From the NCBI GenBank assembly GCA_964016885.1, contig OZ024742.1:51212001-51276000 (forward strand): DNA of 64,000 bases, given 5' to 3'. The stretch is from Eledone cirrhosa. Taxonomy: Eukaryota. Within the stretch, counting starts at the first letter, position 1, and the number at the start of each line of letters is the position of its first letter. Shown in pieces: positions 1 through 13,769 of the stretch. The notes below the pieces were generated by a model. The model did no database searches. It was not told where the DNA came from and saw nothing but the letters and a program-made list of their open reading frames with translations. A program made the position numbers and the translations under genes.

Positions 1-510
1 TTGATATTTCATCGCATTAAAAATCATATAACTCAGGGTGGTGCGAGCAATAGCTAAATAAAGATATTGGGACAAGTAAATCGAGTAAAGCGAGTGAGAC
101 AAGTAAACAACATAGAAGGATGAAAGCAACGCACAGATGGGAGTAAACAAGCAACATGGTTATCCGGTCAGCATTAGCTGGGTGGATTTCATGAGCGATC
201 GGGATACAGACCGTCCGAGGTGAGTGAGATGTGAGCAAGAAGATAACACACTACTAGCCAAACGGGAGGATGCGAGAAGGGGAGAAACAGAAAGTGAGAG
301 AGTGGAAGTGCAAGGAAGAGGTCAGTCGATTGAAAGTTTAACTGACAGAGGGTGCGAAAGAAGGTGAGAGCAACAGAGAGAACGGGGAAGCAGTAAGAGA
401 GAAACAAACAAACGCAGCTGAGGTAAATATATATAAAAAACATGAGAAGAAAGAAGAATACTGCGTGGATGCACATGGGTTACATATGATAAAAATAGTC
501 CTTCGTCAGT
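1..510 (-). repeat. Dispersed repeat family 'Y' (pLTR-like), partial tandem arrangement
   Basis: 1-230 is the reverse complement of ~29450-29672 and 441-510 is the reverse complement of ~29692-29760. Read on the minus strand, a unit 3' end is followed by the start of another unit. Confidence 0.7.
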
Positions 511-519
511 ATGCATGTG

Positions 520-2455
520 TATGAATATGCGCGGAGACATAGAAATAATCAGGCTGCATACCCGATCACCCTGTTAAACCACTGGGAGTGACGAACCCCT
601 AGCTTTTGTCAGGGCATTTTTCTAGGACAGTGGTTCTCAGCCTTTTTTTTATTTCCAAAGCACACCTCGGAACAGATGAAAAAATAGCGACACGGCTGGC
701 TAAATATATATGAAAAATATTTGAATTTTACAAAATAAAAACATGGCAAGACATAGACAGCATACAACCGTAGGCACAGACTAGTCATAGACACATGGTA
801 TGATTGTCTATATTGAGATCACTGCTTTCGGTCCCACAAAACCTTCTCTTTCGTGTGCAAACAGAGCAAAACAATAAATATATGTCTTCCTAATCAAGTT
901 GCAGTTTTATGAGACCATTTCTAGCTGGAAACCATCAATTGTCGATGTATTACGTACAAAAATAGTCAATGTTTGAGCACTGACAACACATTGTCAGTTC
1001 GCCATTTTTGTTATCTTCTATACACTAGTAGACAGCTACAGACATCTACTGTACCCTCATCAGCATAAGATGATGAAACACTGGAACTCTTCGGTGTAAA
1101 AAGCCAGAAAATCGACCCATATTGAACAAGCAAATGCACATCGAGCCTGCTTTACAGCTACACTCGGCGAATGGCGCCCGCTGATTGGTCCAGCACATCA
1201 CGTGACCACGCCACCACAATGTAAACAGGTCGGCCAAACTCACTCTTCCGATGGGATAATCCACCACAAAATTAGGAAATTATGCCATATAGAGATGAAG
1301 CAAGACAAAATATATGTAAAGGGAAGCTAACCTGGACTCATTAAGTAGCATGAACCAGAGAATTGTGAGCTAAATCATTTGAATCATCCATAGATTGTTC
1401 CGAAACAGAGGTAGAACCTGACATTTGTGTTTCTAATCTTTACAGGCAATTTTCTCAAAATGGGTACTTCTCAAAATTTCAAAGCCCTTTCCAGAAAATC
1501 TACTCGATAGATTTGCTTGAAATTTTGAGGAGACCTTTCCTATAATAATAGCTTCATCATGACATTCTATTTTAATTCTGCCTTGAAAACATCTTATAGT
1601 CACTTTTATCCAAAAAATGTGATTTTTTTTCATTTTGTTTTTACTGCCCAGCACACTAATGACGATAACATTTTTTTTTCCAAAATATCAAAAAAAAGGC
1701 TTCTGTGTCCATACAAGGACTGATTTTCTGATCCTGTAAATGTAAAAATCATCTTCATAGATGATTTTCTCAAAAGAACTCTGAAAATTACGCTATTGTT
1801 CAACCTTTTTGGACTAGATGAAAAAGAAATATATCATTTGTCTCCATTTTAGAGGTAGATTCTACCATAAAAGTGAAAAAAAGATGCATGATATAATAAA
1901 TGCTTTTTCTTCGGGGGGGGGGGGGGGTCACGCCTTAAGACAAGTATTGACAAATATCCATTCATACGATCAATACTAATGACGAACGAAACAATAAAAG
2001 ATATAGAATTGCGACATTTGGAAACATTTCAATCATCCCGAAACGGGTAAAGCTATGTGGTGCAAACAAAATGTTACACCATAGACTGTGAATACTCAAT
2101 TGGGATCACGTGGCTTTTCGCATTTTCTTAATGTGCCGTTCAACATTTCGCGGCACACTTAGGAAGATCTCGCGGCACACTGGTTGAGAATCAGAGTTCT
2201 AGCAGAAGGCAACTCAGGAAACTGGGATAACTCCGGCATAAAACCTACGGCTCAGTAGCTACCGATCACGTTGATCTTTTATTCTTTTTGGGTTATAGCT
2301 ACTGTAGCTCAGAGAGTGGGATTGGCTCAGTGCACAGTTTTACTCAATTTAAAAAAAACATGACGCGCAGGCATTGCACGATAGAATTAATTGATAATTA
2401 TTAATAATGTTATATAATGCAATGGTCATATTTCATATCGAGGGGACAGCCATCA
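520..2455 (+). mobile_element. Short non-autonomous RTE-related retroelement split by a hAT insertion
   Basis: 520-627 joined to 2197-2455 matches the reverse complement of the uninterrupted copy at ~46985-47310. Confidence 0.7.
628..2196 (+). mobile_element. Decayed hAT (Charlie/Buster-type) DNA transposon
   Basis: Degenerate 15-bp TIRs CAGTGGTTCTCAGCC (628) and GGTTGAGAATCAGAG (2182-2196). 8-bp TSD TTCTAGGA / TTCTAGCA. The empty site, with a single TTCTAGGA, is seen in the paralog near 47204-47211. Confidence 0.8.
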
Positions 2456-2585
2456 TGTACGTATGTATGATTGTATGTATATACGTGCGCATGTTTGTAT
2501 GTTTATAAATACGTATGTATGTATGGCAGTAATTTCTAAAAAAATCTAGCATTTAACGACATGTTTTATTGTTAAATCTTATATG

Positions 2586-2623
<38 letters not shown>

Positions 2624-2727
2624 TATTGAAATTTCCGTTGGAAACAGAAAAGGTCATAGAAGTGAAGAGTGCTCTATGTAATTATCAGAGCAAAATTTAA
2701 TGTATAAAAATCAATACAATATAATTA

Positions 2728-2797
2728 CCTCATTACCAGAGGTTTCCCGAATGAGGCGAATACGAAAGAAACGTCTTCATTCGTTCGTCAGACGAGG
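2728..2797 (-). ncRNA. Type I hammerhead ribozyme motif
   Basis: Minus strand reads cctcgt-CTGACGA-a-cgaatga...tcattcg-g-GAAA-cc-tct-gg-TA-atgagg. 6-bp stem I, 7-bp stem II with a mismatched closing pair, GUA cleavage triplet. Confidence 0.75.
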
Positions 2798-3775
2798 CAA
2801 TATAAAACATGGGTAAATACTTGGAAAGTCTCATAAAAAAAATCAAAAAAAGGATATAGACAAATGAATTAGAAATTGAAATATATAAAAATCTATCAAG
2901 AAATATAGTTAGGTGTGTGTATATGTATGTATATACGCTCACAGATGTGCATATATGTGTATGCACATGTGTATACGTATAGTGAAAAAGTGTGCGTAAA
3001 TATAAAATTTAGGGCAAATGTATCTGTATGTCTGTAATCTACAGACATAATAGATACATCATAAGAATATGAATATGAAGGCGCGCGCATAAACACACCT
3101 ACATACACGTACGCTTAGATGCGTAAGTAAAAGAGGTAAGGGAGTGTAATAATTAAAGGAAAGTATCAATCTCGATATATTTATAAAAATGTAACAATAA
3201 ATTAGAAAGAAAACATTTTTAGAAAGAAAAAATTAAAGAAAAGAAGACAAAAAAGGGGTACATACATACACAGACACGCATATCTCACAAAAGAAACGCA
3301 AAAATATACATGCTTATATACACAATTGGCCAATCAAGCTTGTACGGAATGTTTTTGTCTTTGAACTCTCACACTTTTTTGTGCGTATGGATTTACGTAT
3401 GTCTTTTTGTATGCGCACGCATTTGTATACGTATGTACGTAGGTTATGAACCAATGCTCTTTATTGTAGGGTTTCATGTGTATGTATGTGGATGTATGTG
3501 TATATTTGGTTGTATGCATGTTTATATATACGTGTGTATGCGTGTGTATGTGTATGTGCCTTTTTGCACGCATGTGTATGTGGATGTGTACGTATGTTTG
3601 TTTTATATGTTTGTGTATATGTGTATATGTGTATATATATTTATATATATACATATATATGTATATATATATGTGTGTGTGTGTGTATATATATATATAT
3701 GCTCATACTTTTGAGTATGTGTTTGTATACGTGCGTATGAGTATCTATGCATGTTTATGTGTGTGCGTGTGTATG

Positions 3776-3806
<31 letters not shown>

Positions 3807-4220
3807 TTCTCTCTATATATATATATTTATGTATATGTACATCTCGTGCATTTGTTTATTTATAACTTGTTCTTATTCCCCTTCTTACTTATCGTTGTCA
3901 ACACGTATCCTTTTGTCTTTTTTTCACTTTTGACTTTGTTCTTATTTATTTATTTATTCTTATTACTTCACGTATATGTATGTGTGTGTCCCTATCTGTA
4001 GACGCATATATGCTTATGTGAAAAAGTATAAGTCTAAGTACTTTTTAAGTATATGCGCGTGGTTGAGTGTGTGTATGTTTATGTTCTGGATATTTATTGT
4101 TTATATAAATATATTCCTTTTCCCCTCTTCTTCTTCGCCCGTTTTTTCTCAGCCTCACTTTCATATTTCTTAAATTTTGTTTTCAAATCCATATTTAATA
4201 AAAACACCATGTTTTTTTTA

Positions 4221-4281
4221 TTCATTCTGACGCCTGAAATCAGATCTAAAATCTGCTTTCAAGAAACCACTGGTAAATGAA
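4221..4281 (+). ncRNA. Type I hammerhead ribozyme motif (one core substitution)
   Basis: ttcatt-CTGACGC-c-tgaaa.tcagat-ctaaa-atctg.c.tttca-a-GAAA-cc-act-gg-TA-aatgaa, followed by AATAAA and a (TA)-rich tract. Confidence 0.65.
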
Positions 4282-4395
4282 ATAAATATCTAATGTTGTT
4301 TATTACATAAGTATATATATACATATATATATATATATGTATGTATATATATATATATGTGTGTATATATATATGTATATATATATATATATATG

Positions 4396-4441
<46 letters not shown>

Positions 4442-4444
4442 TAT

Positions 4445-4495
<51 letters not shown>

Positions 4496-4754
4496 GATAG
4501 ATAGATACATGAAGTTTTTTGTTTTTTTTTATTTATTGAACTAACTTACGTGAATCCTCAGATGGAGGCTTATTGGCAATTTCTTTCAGGTGAAACGTCA
4601 AATTCAAGAACAGAAATTGTAATTGGCTATGTCAAATTCTTGAGAAAGAAGATAATTTAGTGTTCTGAATCTTTCTAACTTGCTATTGGAAAGCTTTTCA
4701 ACATATCAGAAATAAAGCATACACCGTTGCTTTTCCTGCCGCTTCTTCTTTGTA

Positions 4755-4930
4755 CAGATAGCCATCGAAAGCCCGGATGACCTGGAACACCGTACAGCTA
4801 ACCTCCTCGGTAAAATCGAATTGAATCTATCCCGCCTGAGTAAGGAGCCTCGCAGAGTGGGGTGAGTGTCTCAGTGGGTGACGCAGGCCATTCTCCAAGG
4901 AAATGCGTTCGCTATTTTGTCTGTGGGGCG
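4755..4930 (+). mobile_element. 3' fragment of a CRE-type (RLE) non-LTR retrotransposon
   Basis: Translates IAIES...LSRLSKEPR / QWVTQAILQGNAFAILSVG, homologous to the C-terminus at 9400-9570 (CEPRE...ILRKNAFSILSAG). Confidence 0.6.
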
Positions 4931-5225
4931 CACCCGAAATACAGATTTGACATAATTGTAGAATCTATCATTCTTTCCCACTCCACCTTTCGTTCTCCCG
5001 TTGTAGATTTCTTCTTGCTCTCCCACTCCTTTCCCTCTCATTTTTTGCATTCATAGTGTTTCCAATGGTGCTCTCCTCATCTTAATTTTATCACTTTATA
5101 GTTATATCAACATACAGAATATACACAATTTCATCACTAGCAAGCTCACATGTATAGGATATATGTCTCTCTCTCTCCCCGCCTTTTTCTCTCTCTTTCT
5201 CTCTTTTTCCCCCTCTCTCTCTAAC

Positions 5226-5271
<46 letters not shown>

Positions 5272-5304
5272 CACATATATATGTGTGTGTGTGTGTGTAT
5301 GTGT

Positions 5305-5432
5305 ATCCGGGGTTAAATCGGGGGTAATCAGTGTAAGTAAGGTACTCTACTCAATACAGTGTAGAGTATAAATGTTTAATATAGAACGGCTTCTACAGGA
5401 CTAGAACTGTTCCATTCCTTAAGATTTCATGG
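5305..5432 (-). repeat. Copy of short repeat family 'X' (3' end of an HHR-bearing pLTR)
   Basis: Reverse complement aligns with 18120-18240 (gaa(a)cagttctagtcctgtagaa ... gagtaccttacttac ... aacccgga). Confidence 0.7.
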
Positions 5433-6689
5433 AAAAAGGGATTATTCATATACAATCTAGTAGCTCTATAAATACAAGAATACTATTTTCTCCAATGAAT
5501 TTGAACAGGCAACCGCAGAATATAAAAGCGAGAGATGGAGATCCCAGTATACCATCCGATAGAAAGAGAAACTCCAATGAGTTGCAGCATAATCTTCGCT
5601 AATATATTACAAAATGTTTATTAGTTAAATGAAAGATGCAAGAGTCTTCCAAAACCTTCTGATTATGGTAGTTCATTGAACAACACACTCAAACTTTGCG
5701 TTCATTAGCTATCTTGATGAATCTAAATTAATAAATCCAGTAAAGGACCCTTATGTTGTTATTTCCAACAAACATAGCAGAATGTATCACACTTGTGTTT
5801 AAATGATAGCTCTATAGATAGTGCTGCTGCGAATTGTTTTTAAGAGTTTTACTAGTAACACTTGAACGTAGTGCGCATGGCTCGACATTTTCAGTGGCGG
5901 TTGAATCTTCATTGTATCTTATAAAATGGACTGATAGTATCTTAATCAGCGTAGAGGCATAACGTCAAGTTCATAATGCAAAGTGAAAGTAGCTTGTTGG
6001 CAATAAGCAATATAGATCGACAAATAACATATGGCTGAGGAAATGAAATCTGGGAACTGTGAAACGCACTTCTTTCAGAAATGTGTGCTTCATTCCAATC
6101 TATGCCTCTATACAATTATATGTTTTCTGCCACCACGTTCTCATTCTTGAAGTCAAACTAACTACGCAACTGAAAATAACCAACCGGTCACAGTGGGGTA
6201 ATATAAGGTTAATTATATTAGATACACGAAGAATTGGAAGGATAATGTGAAACATTTTCAGTAAAGGTTTTCCAAATAATAATCCGGGCATGAATTCGTA
6301 ATACGAAATTCACCACCATTACAATGTATATGTGGGTGGACATATGAGTATACATGTGTGTGTGTGTATGTGTTTGCTTCTGTGTGTGTGAGTACATGTG
6401 TGAGCGCGTGAAGGTGTGTTCATATGTTTGGAGAAGCTATGAACCGTGACGGGCTGGCTGCGGAGAAGGTGGGAATGCCTGGGTGAGTGTGGGCTGGTGA
6501 ACTGACGTATTTCAGTGTACAAGAATGTATATTTCTACATATACGTATATAAACACACACGTAGCAGCAGGCGATAGAGGTTGTGTAGAAAAGAGGAGGT
6601 GGTGAAAATAGTAGTAGCCTGTATATTTCATTTTCTGCTATATACTATATATAACGCAACTGGGAGCACTATATTTGTTCCATCAATAT

Positions 6690-6930
6690 TGCCAAATTCC
6701 GTCCATGGCTTGATCCTGGCGCTATCTACTCCCTACTAAATCCGACCTCGCATCTTCTGAATAATTTACTGCTATGTCGCTTAAAATGTTCCTGCACTCT
6801 TTAATATCATACACAATTACATAAAGACAAAATATATATAACAAAAATTCCAAAACACCCCTGGACCAATTCTCATCAGAAATTCTGGAGTACCATTGTC
6901 GGATAAATATCCTAAAAACAGATATGTCTC
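6690..6930 (+). mobile_element. Possible mariner transposase remnant
   Basis: ccctactaaatccgacctcgcatcttctgaa...tcgcttaaaatgttcctg resembles a decayed YSPDLAPSD..LF..LK..L motif. No TIR pair was identified. Confidence 0.35.
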
Positions 6931-8109
6931 CGGCAAAAATAAGTATTTACTGGATTGGGTCAAGGTGTCCAAAACATAACTACGTTGTGAAAAATGTTTT
7001 GGAAGACTTCACACAACAATTCACATTAACTATGAATATCAGTACAATAACACGATTAAAAAATCTGACGCCAGAATAACAGAGACGGGAAACCTCGTGA
7101 TAATCGATCCACGTAATTATCACAATACCGTGTTTTACCATTACATTAAAGCAATTATGGTAACTCCGTCCTGTCATTTTAGAATTATTAACTGAAAAAC
7201 TAGACATGTAAGAATGATTTCCTTTAGGAAGCACTGAGTAACTTCGGAAACACGCTTACTTTGTGAAATTCCGACGCAATGCAGATAAACTATGCATGTA
7301 TCTGGTAAAATTTCGCTGGTGACGATCAAACATAGACATCCGCATTGGCGGATAACAAAAGTTCACACACATTACATACAATAGATACGGGGTGTTAAGT
7401 ATGCAGTAAACAACATCCATTTTTTTCCTCCGTTCTTTTAAACATTCTTTATTGTTCACTTGGTAAATCGAATGTATCGACGATTAATTAATTTATTTAT
7501 TGATATATATTTGTTCACTACACACACATTTATATATATATATATATATATAGTCAATTGAAGAAAGTTGGTTGATTGAAAATATGCCGACCGTTTCTTA
7601 GCAGACGTAAAGCACTCCAAGCTTTTTGATAACATAATAAACAAGAAAGACGGTTTCATTTCTCCATCCCTATTTATTTTATTATACGTATTTCAAAGAC
7701 TTGTGGCAGTTGTGCACCAGCTGCCCTACATGTTCTCTTCAGACAAAAAATCACACGAGATATAAATATCAAATTAATATGTTACCGTTCATACGAGTAA
7801 TTCACTTCGCCGACCAGTAATCATTTGTCCCAAAATATGAGTGGGAGATAGATATTCCAGTTGGAGTTGCTGCTTGTACACTGGATAGGGTGTCAAGTTA
7901 CCAGATTGGTCCCATGATTCCTAGTGATGCATGTATGAACTATTAATCTATTTTATATTCATTTTTCTATACTAGATTCTATTCACTTAGATACTAATTG
8001 TAATTTTAGATATTTGTACTTTGATACTGATGTTATAATGTGTCTATATATATATGAGTGTTGGATTAATTATTTGGTGGTCTATTTAAAATTATTTAAG
8101 TTTTAAGTA

Positions 8110-9650
8110 CTCAACATTTGTACATGGATGGTGTTACGTTGGGCGGGCTCGTAGAGAATGTCTGCCGTGACCTACAATCGGTGGATTATGCGCTGGCGGG
8201 AATTGGCCTCCAGGTGAACTGGTCCAAGTCGGAGGTGGTGAATGTTAGCCACGATTATGAGAGCTTTGTAGCTTCTGTCTCGGACGTGTGGTCCATTTCC
8301 ACCAGGTACAGGTTACACCGAAAAGGATGTCCTCAACCTCAGGTCTCCGATCCACCTGTCGGCCATTCACTCCACCATCGGGTCCAGGCTCCAACAACTA
8401 CAGACCTTCAGGTGCCGACTGAGCGTGACCGAGGGCTACCCAGCTCTCTTCCTGTTGAGGAACTGCTTCGCCATACCGAAGCTCCTCTATACCTTTCCCA
8501 GCGCTTCGGGCTACAGCCTCGTATTTCTCCTAGCTGACGTCGATACTTGTATCCGAGCGACAGCCAAAGAGATATGCAACGTCAGGATTGATGACATTGG
8601 GCAGCAACAGGCCACTTTACCTGTCAGATATGGCGGCCGTGGCCTGCTGTCCCCGATCTCCCTTGCTTTGTCGGCGTTTCTTTCGTCGGTAACCTCATGC
8701 CGCGTCCTCGTCAAGAGGGTTCGCCAAAACAGAATGGAACCCTCTGTGATCAGGGAACTTGAGACCGCCTATCAGACGTGGAACCGGCTGGGACATAGCC
8801 CAGTACACTCCCCCTCCTTCTCCCCCTACTGACGTCAAGACCCCCCAAAGCATTTAGGATGCCATCCAGTGCAGCCTGGCTTCAGACAGGCTCACGCACC
8901 AGTATGACTAGACCAACTTGCCTGCTTCCGTACGGCCTGCAATCCCCAAACTGGCGCCTGGCTCCATGCTTTGCCCTCCTTCTCCACTAGCGCGCAGCTG
9001 GATAACGATATCCCGCACATCGGCGTTTCCTTGAGGCTTGGCCTTCCCATCTGCGAGCCACACAAATGCAGCTGTGGATCCACCGTGGGCTCTTTCGGCC
9101 TCCACCCGCTTTCCTGTCTCCACAGTGCCAGCCGCCTTCCACGCCATGCTGCCCTCAACGAGATCATAAAGTATGGCTTGGTCGCTGCAGGCTTCTCTTT
9201 CCAGCTCGAACCGGTGGGACTGGGCCGAAGGGACGGCAAAGGGCCGGACAACATGACCATCATCCCGTTCCTCGGAGTCTGGGATGCCACTTGCAGCGAT
9301 ACTTTCTCCAACCGCCAGCTGGTCTAGTCTGCAACTAACCCAGGTTCCACTGCACGTCGGGCTGAGGAGGTTAAACTCTCCAAGTACCGGTCGCTCTCCG
9401 GTCTCAGTGGAGATTTGTGGAATCTTTGGCCCTAGGGTTACCTCCCTACTCACCTCCAATAGCGCTGAGCTGGCCAGCCAGAGATGTGAGCCTCGCGAGT
9501 TGGATTGGCTCTTGCAGTATATCTCCCTTACCATCCTCCGGAAAAATGCCTTCTCCATTCTGTCCGCTGGGGTTGTGGGGAGGCCAGCACGTTGGACCCC
9601 ATTTGATCACAGTACGAAGAGATGGAGAAGCCGAGTGACATGGAGGCGAT
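8110..9650 (+). mobile_element. 5'-truncated, frameshifted CRE-clade non-LTR retrotransposon (RT C-terminus, CCHC knuckle, restriction-like endonuclease)
   Basis: YMDGVTLGG (YLDD-type), LQVNWSKSE, LFLLRNCFAIPKLLY, QATLPVRYGG.GL, LRLGLP...C.CG......GLH.LSC, RHAALN, DGK.PD, WDATC.DT across ORFs 8118, 8425, 8971 and 9284. Confidence 0.85.
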
Positions 9651-9966
9651 GACAGTGGGAGTTCGGCTGTTCTTTCGTGTTTACTTAGGTTACTATTTCC
9701 GTTTCTGCAATCAACTACCACCCCAAGTATATAAACAAAATTAATAAGATATCTATAATAAATCTTTAAGGAATTTCACCAGTCCAGCCTCCTGTCATAT
9801 TACTCAATAATTATTAACTCCGTCCGCGCACCACAAACAAGATTCAACATAAAGCGATATGGGTGAGTTGCTGTGTTGCATTACGTCCAGTGCTTTTCCT
9901 AATATAACATCACAGTTGACTATTCGGAATGACCAGTTCTATCCAGTGGTGAACCAACAAACCTAA

Positions 9967-10000
<34 letters not shown>

Positions 10001-10008
<8 letters not shown>

Positions 10009-10693
10009 TAAAGTATAGAAATTGTTGTGAGTGTGAAGCCAACGGTATTTCATAATATATAAGTGACTATAACGTCAAAATGGAAAAATAGTTAACGTAA
10101 GATGTGGGAAAATAATTCAAACTCAATTTAAACAAATCAAGACATAAATTTATCCATAGAATTTTGTGAAATTCAGCGAAAAATCAATAGTGCCTTAACT
10201 CAGAATAAAATAAAGTTTAAATACTCATCCTTCAATTTGGAAAAACTACAAATGCTCTGTATAGTCTTAAAAAGACTATTTCGCGAAACTGTCAGTGGGG
10301 ATGGTCAAGGTTGGAGTCGTTCATCAGCAGAGCTCAAACACGATAACCGTAAGACGACTGTAGAATATGCCAAAAAGGGAATTTAAAGACAGGCTAGTTT
10401 ACTTCGTACGTAATTATGAAAGATAAACGCACATGGAGAGACATGGCTGGTGACGTCAGAATGAGACGAATGTCAGTTTACATGAAACAGCAATCAAAAA
10501 ACATTCCGAAAAAAACTCTACAAGTGTAAGGATTTCAGCAAAATAGCAATATTATCTCCGTTTTTTTATTTTTTTTAAAGACCGGAATTAGTCACAAATA
10601 ACTTTAAGCACTCAAGGAAAATTCCGAGTTTAAATATAAATTAAAATATAGAAATTGTTGTGAGTGTGAAGCCAACAGTATTTCATAATATAT
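10001..10693 (-). mobile_element. Non-coding HHR-containing unit with 60-bp terminal direct repeat (retrozyme / pLTR-like)
   Basis: 10001-10060 and 10634-10693 differ at 2 positions (period 633 bp). Flanked by TA tracts, with an internal HHR and no long ORF. Confidence 0.75.
10254..10333 (-). ncRNA. Type I hammerhead ribozyme with canonical core
   Basis: gctctg-CTGATGA-a-cga...tcg-c-GAAA-tagtctt-ttt-aagacta-TA-cagagc. 6-bp stem I, 7-bp stem III, AUA cleavage triplet. Stem II is weak. Confidence 0.85.
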
Positions 10694-10865
10694 ATATATT
10701 AGTTATACATATATTTATACATATATTTATTTATTCATATATATTCATTCATATTATACATATATATATATATATATATATTTATTTATTCATATATAGT
10801 CATTCATATTATTCATATATATATATATATATTTATTTATTCATATATATTCATTCATATTATAC

Positions 10866-10975
<110 letters not shown>

Positions 10976-13236
10976 CAGTGTGTGTGTTGCGTACATCTGC
11001 GCGTGCGTCTGACTAGGCGTCATTTTATCTTATTTTGTAAATCCGATATTATACTGAAGACTACTAATTATTTTCTACTGAAATGTCAAACGCTCAAGAT
11101 AAATTGTATATTGCAACTAAAGCAATAAAGAGGATGATAAACAAAACAGAGAGATTCGGAAGACATTCATCATAAAATGCCAAAACAAATTCAATGAGCA
11201 AAATAACTACAAAACAAAATGTACAAACGCAAAGATAATCCAAGAACTCTAAATAAAAACACCGACCCGACGCTAACAAGTCTACTGCTGATATCCTCGT
11301 TAATATTATACATTCATCTCTCTGTGTGGTCGTAATTATTACATATGGCTTCTGTATATTATAAATATGAATTCTAGTGAACCGCAGAAATGTGTGTGAA
11401 AAGCAAACGAATAGATGTTTATAGCATGGAGATAATAGAGTTTGAGGCAAAAAAGATAGTTCATGGAATGCGTGTTGTGTGAGTGGTGTAATTTGATATA
11501 GTACAAAACAAACTGAAAGTAAGAAGCAGGATTTACTGGGAGGGATGTGTTGATCACAGGTAAATATATTTAAAAGTGGAATGTCATAGATTTCTAATTT
11601 ATGAGCTAAATAAAAACTAAAAACGTGTTATAAAAAAGGATGAAACGTAAATAAGAAATATGTGGGGGAAAGATATACATATAAAGATTGAAAGACAGTT
11701 AAATATAACGAGAATAAGGGTGTAACAGAGACACATGGATGTGTCGAATTGAGAAGAAAGATATGACAGATTTATTTATTCAAAAGTGTGAAGTAGAGTG
11801 TGTGCGAAGCGAAATAATTGATATAAACAGAAATGGGTTGCATGCAATTTCCGACAATTAAATATGAAGGAATCAAATGTAACTTTGGTAGAACGTAAGA
11901 GATAACCATAGTGCATAAAGAGAACCAACTATTCTCAAATCACCAGCAAGTATTCTTTAGAACGACGTAAGTTATGCATGTTTGTAAACTGTAACGTATT
12001 AGTTTGATCAATATAATAATGCTTCACAGGTAATGTGCTGTCATGCTGTTACATTTAATCTGTTTATCTAGCTTTATTGATGTTATCTAGTAGAAATATG
12101 GTCAAATGTATTCTTGCTGTAAATATTCCATAATGTGTATATCCGAGGATATTGGAAACTAAATAACTGTCGATAGAACGTCAGATAGAATGCATTTCTG
12201 CATTATTCATACCAGCTTTCAGCACTATCATCACAAGTTGGACACATGTAAAGGACATGTAAACTTTGCGAATATTCCATAGAAATTACCCGTTCAGCAC
12301 TGAAATTGATTCTTCATGTATATGTTTTTTTCACTTTTTATATATCAATGGTCATATCTCACCCTCGAAGCACGGAATCAGATGTTTCCTCACATTCAGA
12401 CGTAAAAAGGCTTATCTCCGCTGTATATCACTGTGTCACACCAACAGCACTATAACTTATGTATTTCATTTGTTTTCTTTAACCCTATAAAACCTTTGGC
12501 AATATAGGGGCTTCGTAGTTTTTTGGTATCTCAGAATTCTCCCAGCTTTATTCCTGACTCACCAATTCTATGACAATCAGACTTGGCACAAATATTGACC
12601 ACTGACGCAAATATCTCTGTATCACAGAAATGTTGCTAACCTCATCATTTGTCTAATGACGTTTTAGGTTTTAACCAGATGTATAACATTTTCTTACTTG
12701 TATAGGTTTCAAAATATTTCCAGAACCACTAACATTATGACCATGAAACTTTACAGGGTTATAAGTTCAAAGTAAACTCCTCTACAAAAAGCAACTAATA
12801 TAGTTATATGGCATTCTCCCATAACATTTGTCTACATTTCAAAAGAAAACACAGCATGGAAAACAATAGCAATACCAACTTTTTCTTCATCTCCGTCTTC
12901 GTCTTTCTCCTACTCTTCTTCTTTCATACTCCTGAGAGGGGCTTGGTGGCAGAGTTCTCAGGTACGCCTTCAAATGGATCCTATAAAAAGCAACTATAAA
13001 TATCCCTATATATTTACAGTAATCTCTCATGTCTTCGTTTTCGAAAAATGGGATTTGAAGTTTTGTGGATTTTCTTGTCTTTAGATGGTCTCATGTTGCA
13101 AATAACTATGAAATATACGGATTAACATAACCATATTATGTCGAAATTGAGAAAATGCCAGAAAGTTACACAGACAGTCACACACAAACGCGCACGCATA
13201 CACACACACATGACCACGCACACGTACATACGTATA

Positions 13237-13324
<88 letters not shown>

Positions 13325-13634
13325 GAGAAAAACGATGATGTTTCGCTTCTATATATTAGTTTTTATTTTGTATCGACCAGTTAAGCGCGTTTCGCAAATA
13401 ATTACCTGAAGATCACCTATAGAATTTGTCAGCCAGGTAATTACTACCAGTCGTTGCAAGACATACGATACAATGTTCAAAACAGGACATGGAAGAATGC
13501 ATCTCCGTAGGGCGTGGTATTTGGTACTGTTTCGCATTGTTTTCACATTACCATTGACCACGAGGAAGAAACAACAGTGACAGTATCAATATATATATAT
13601 ATATATATATGTATACGTGTGTGTGTGTGTTTGT

Positions 13635-13688
<54 letters not shown>

Positions 13689-13703
13689 GTGTGTGTGTAT
13701 ATA

Positions 13704-13741
<38 letters not shown>

Positions 13742-13769
13742 CGCGGTGCGCGTGTAGGAAAAGAGTGGG

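Noticed and set aside
10340-10400. CRIC motif suggesting a piggyBac cysteine-rich domain
   Set aside because: The frame is closed by stops, there are no TTAA or TIRs, and the region is explained by the HHR unit.
13365-13470. Possible minus-strand hammerhead (taattacctg/caggtaatta stem, GAAAC...GTC)
   Set aside because: The CUGANGA core is not recognisable; too degenerate to call.
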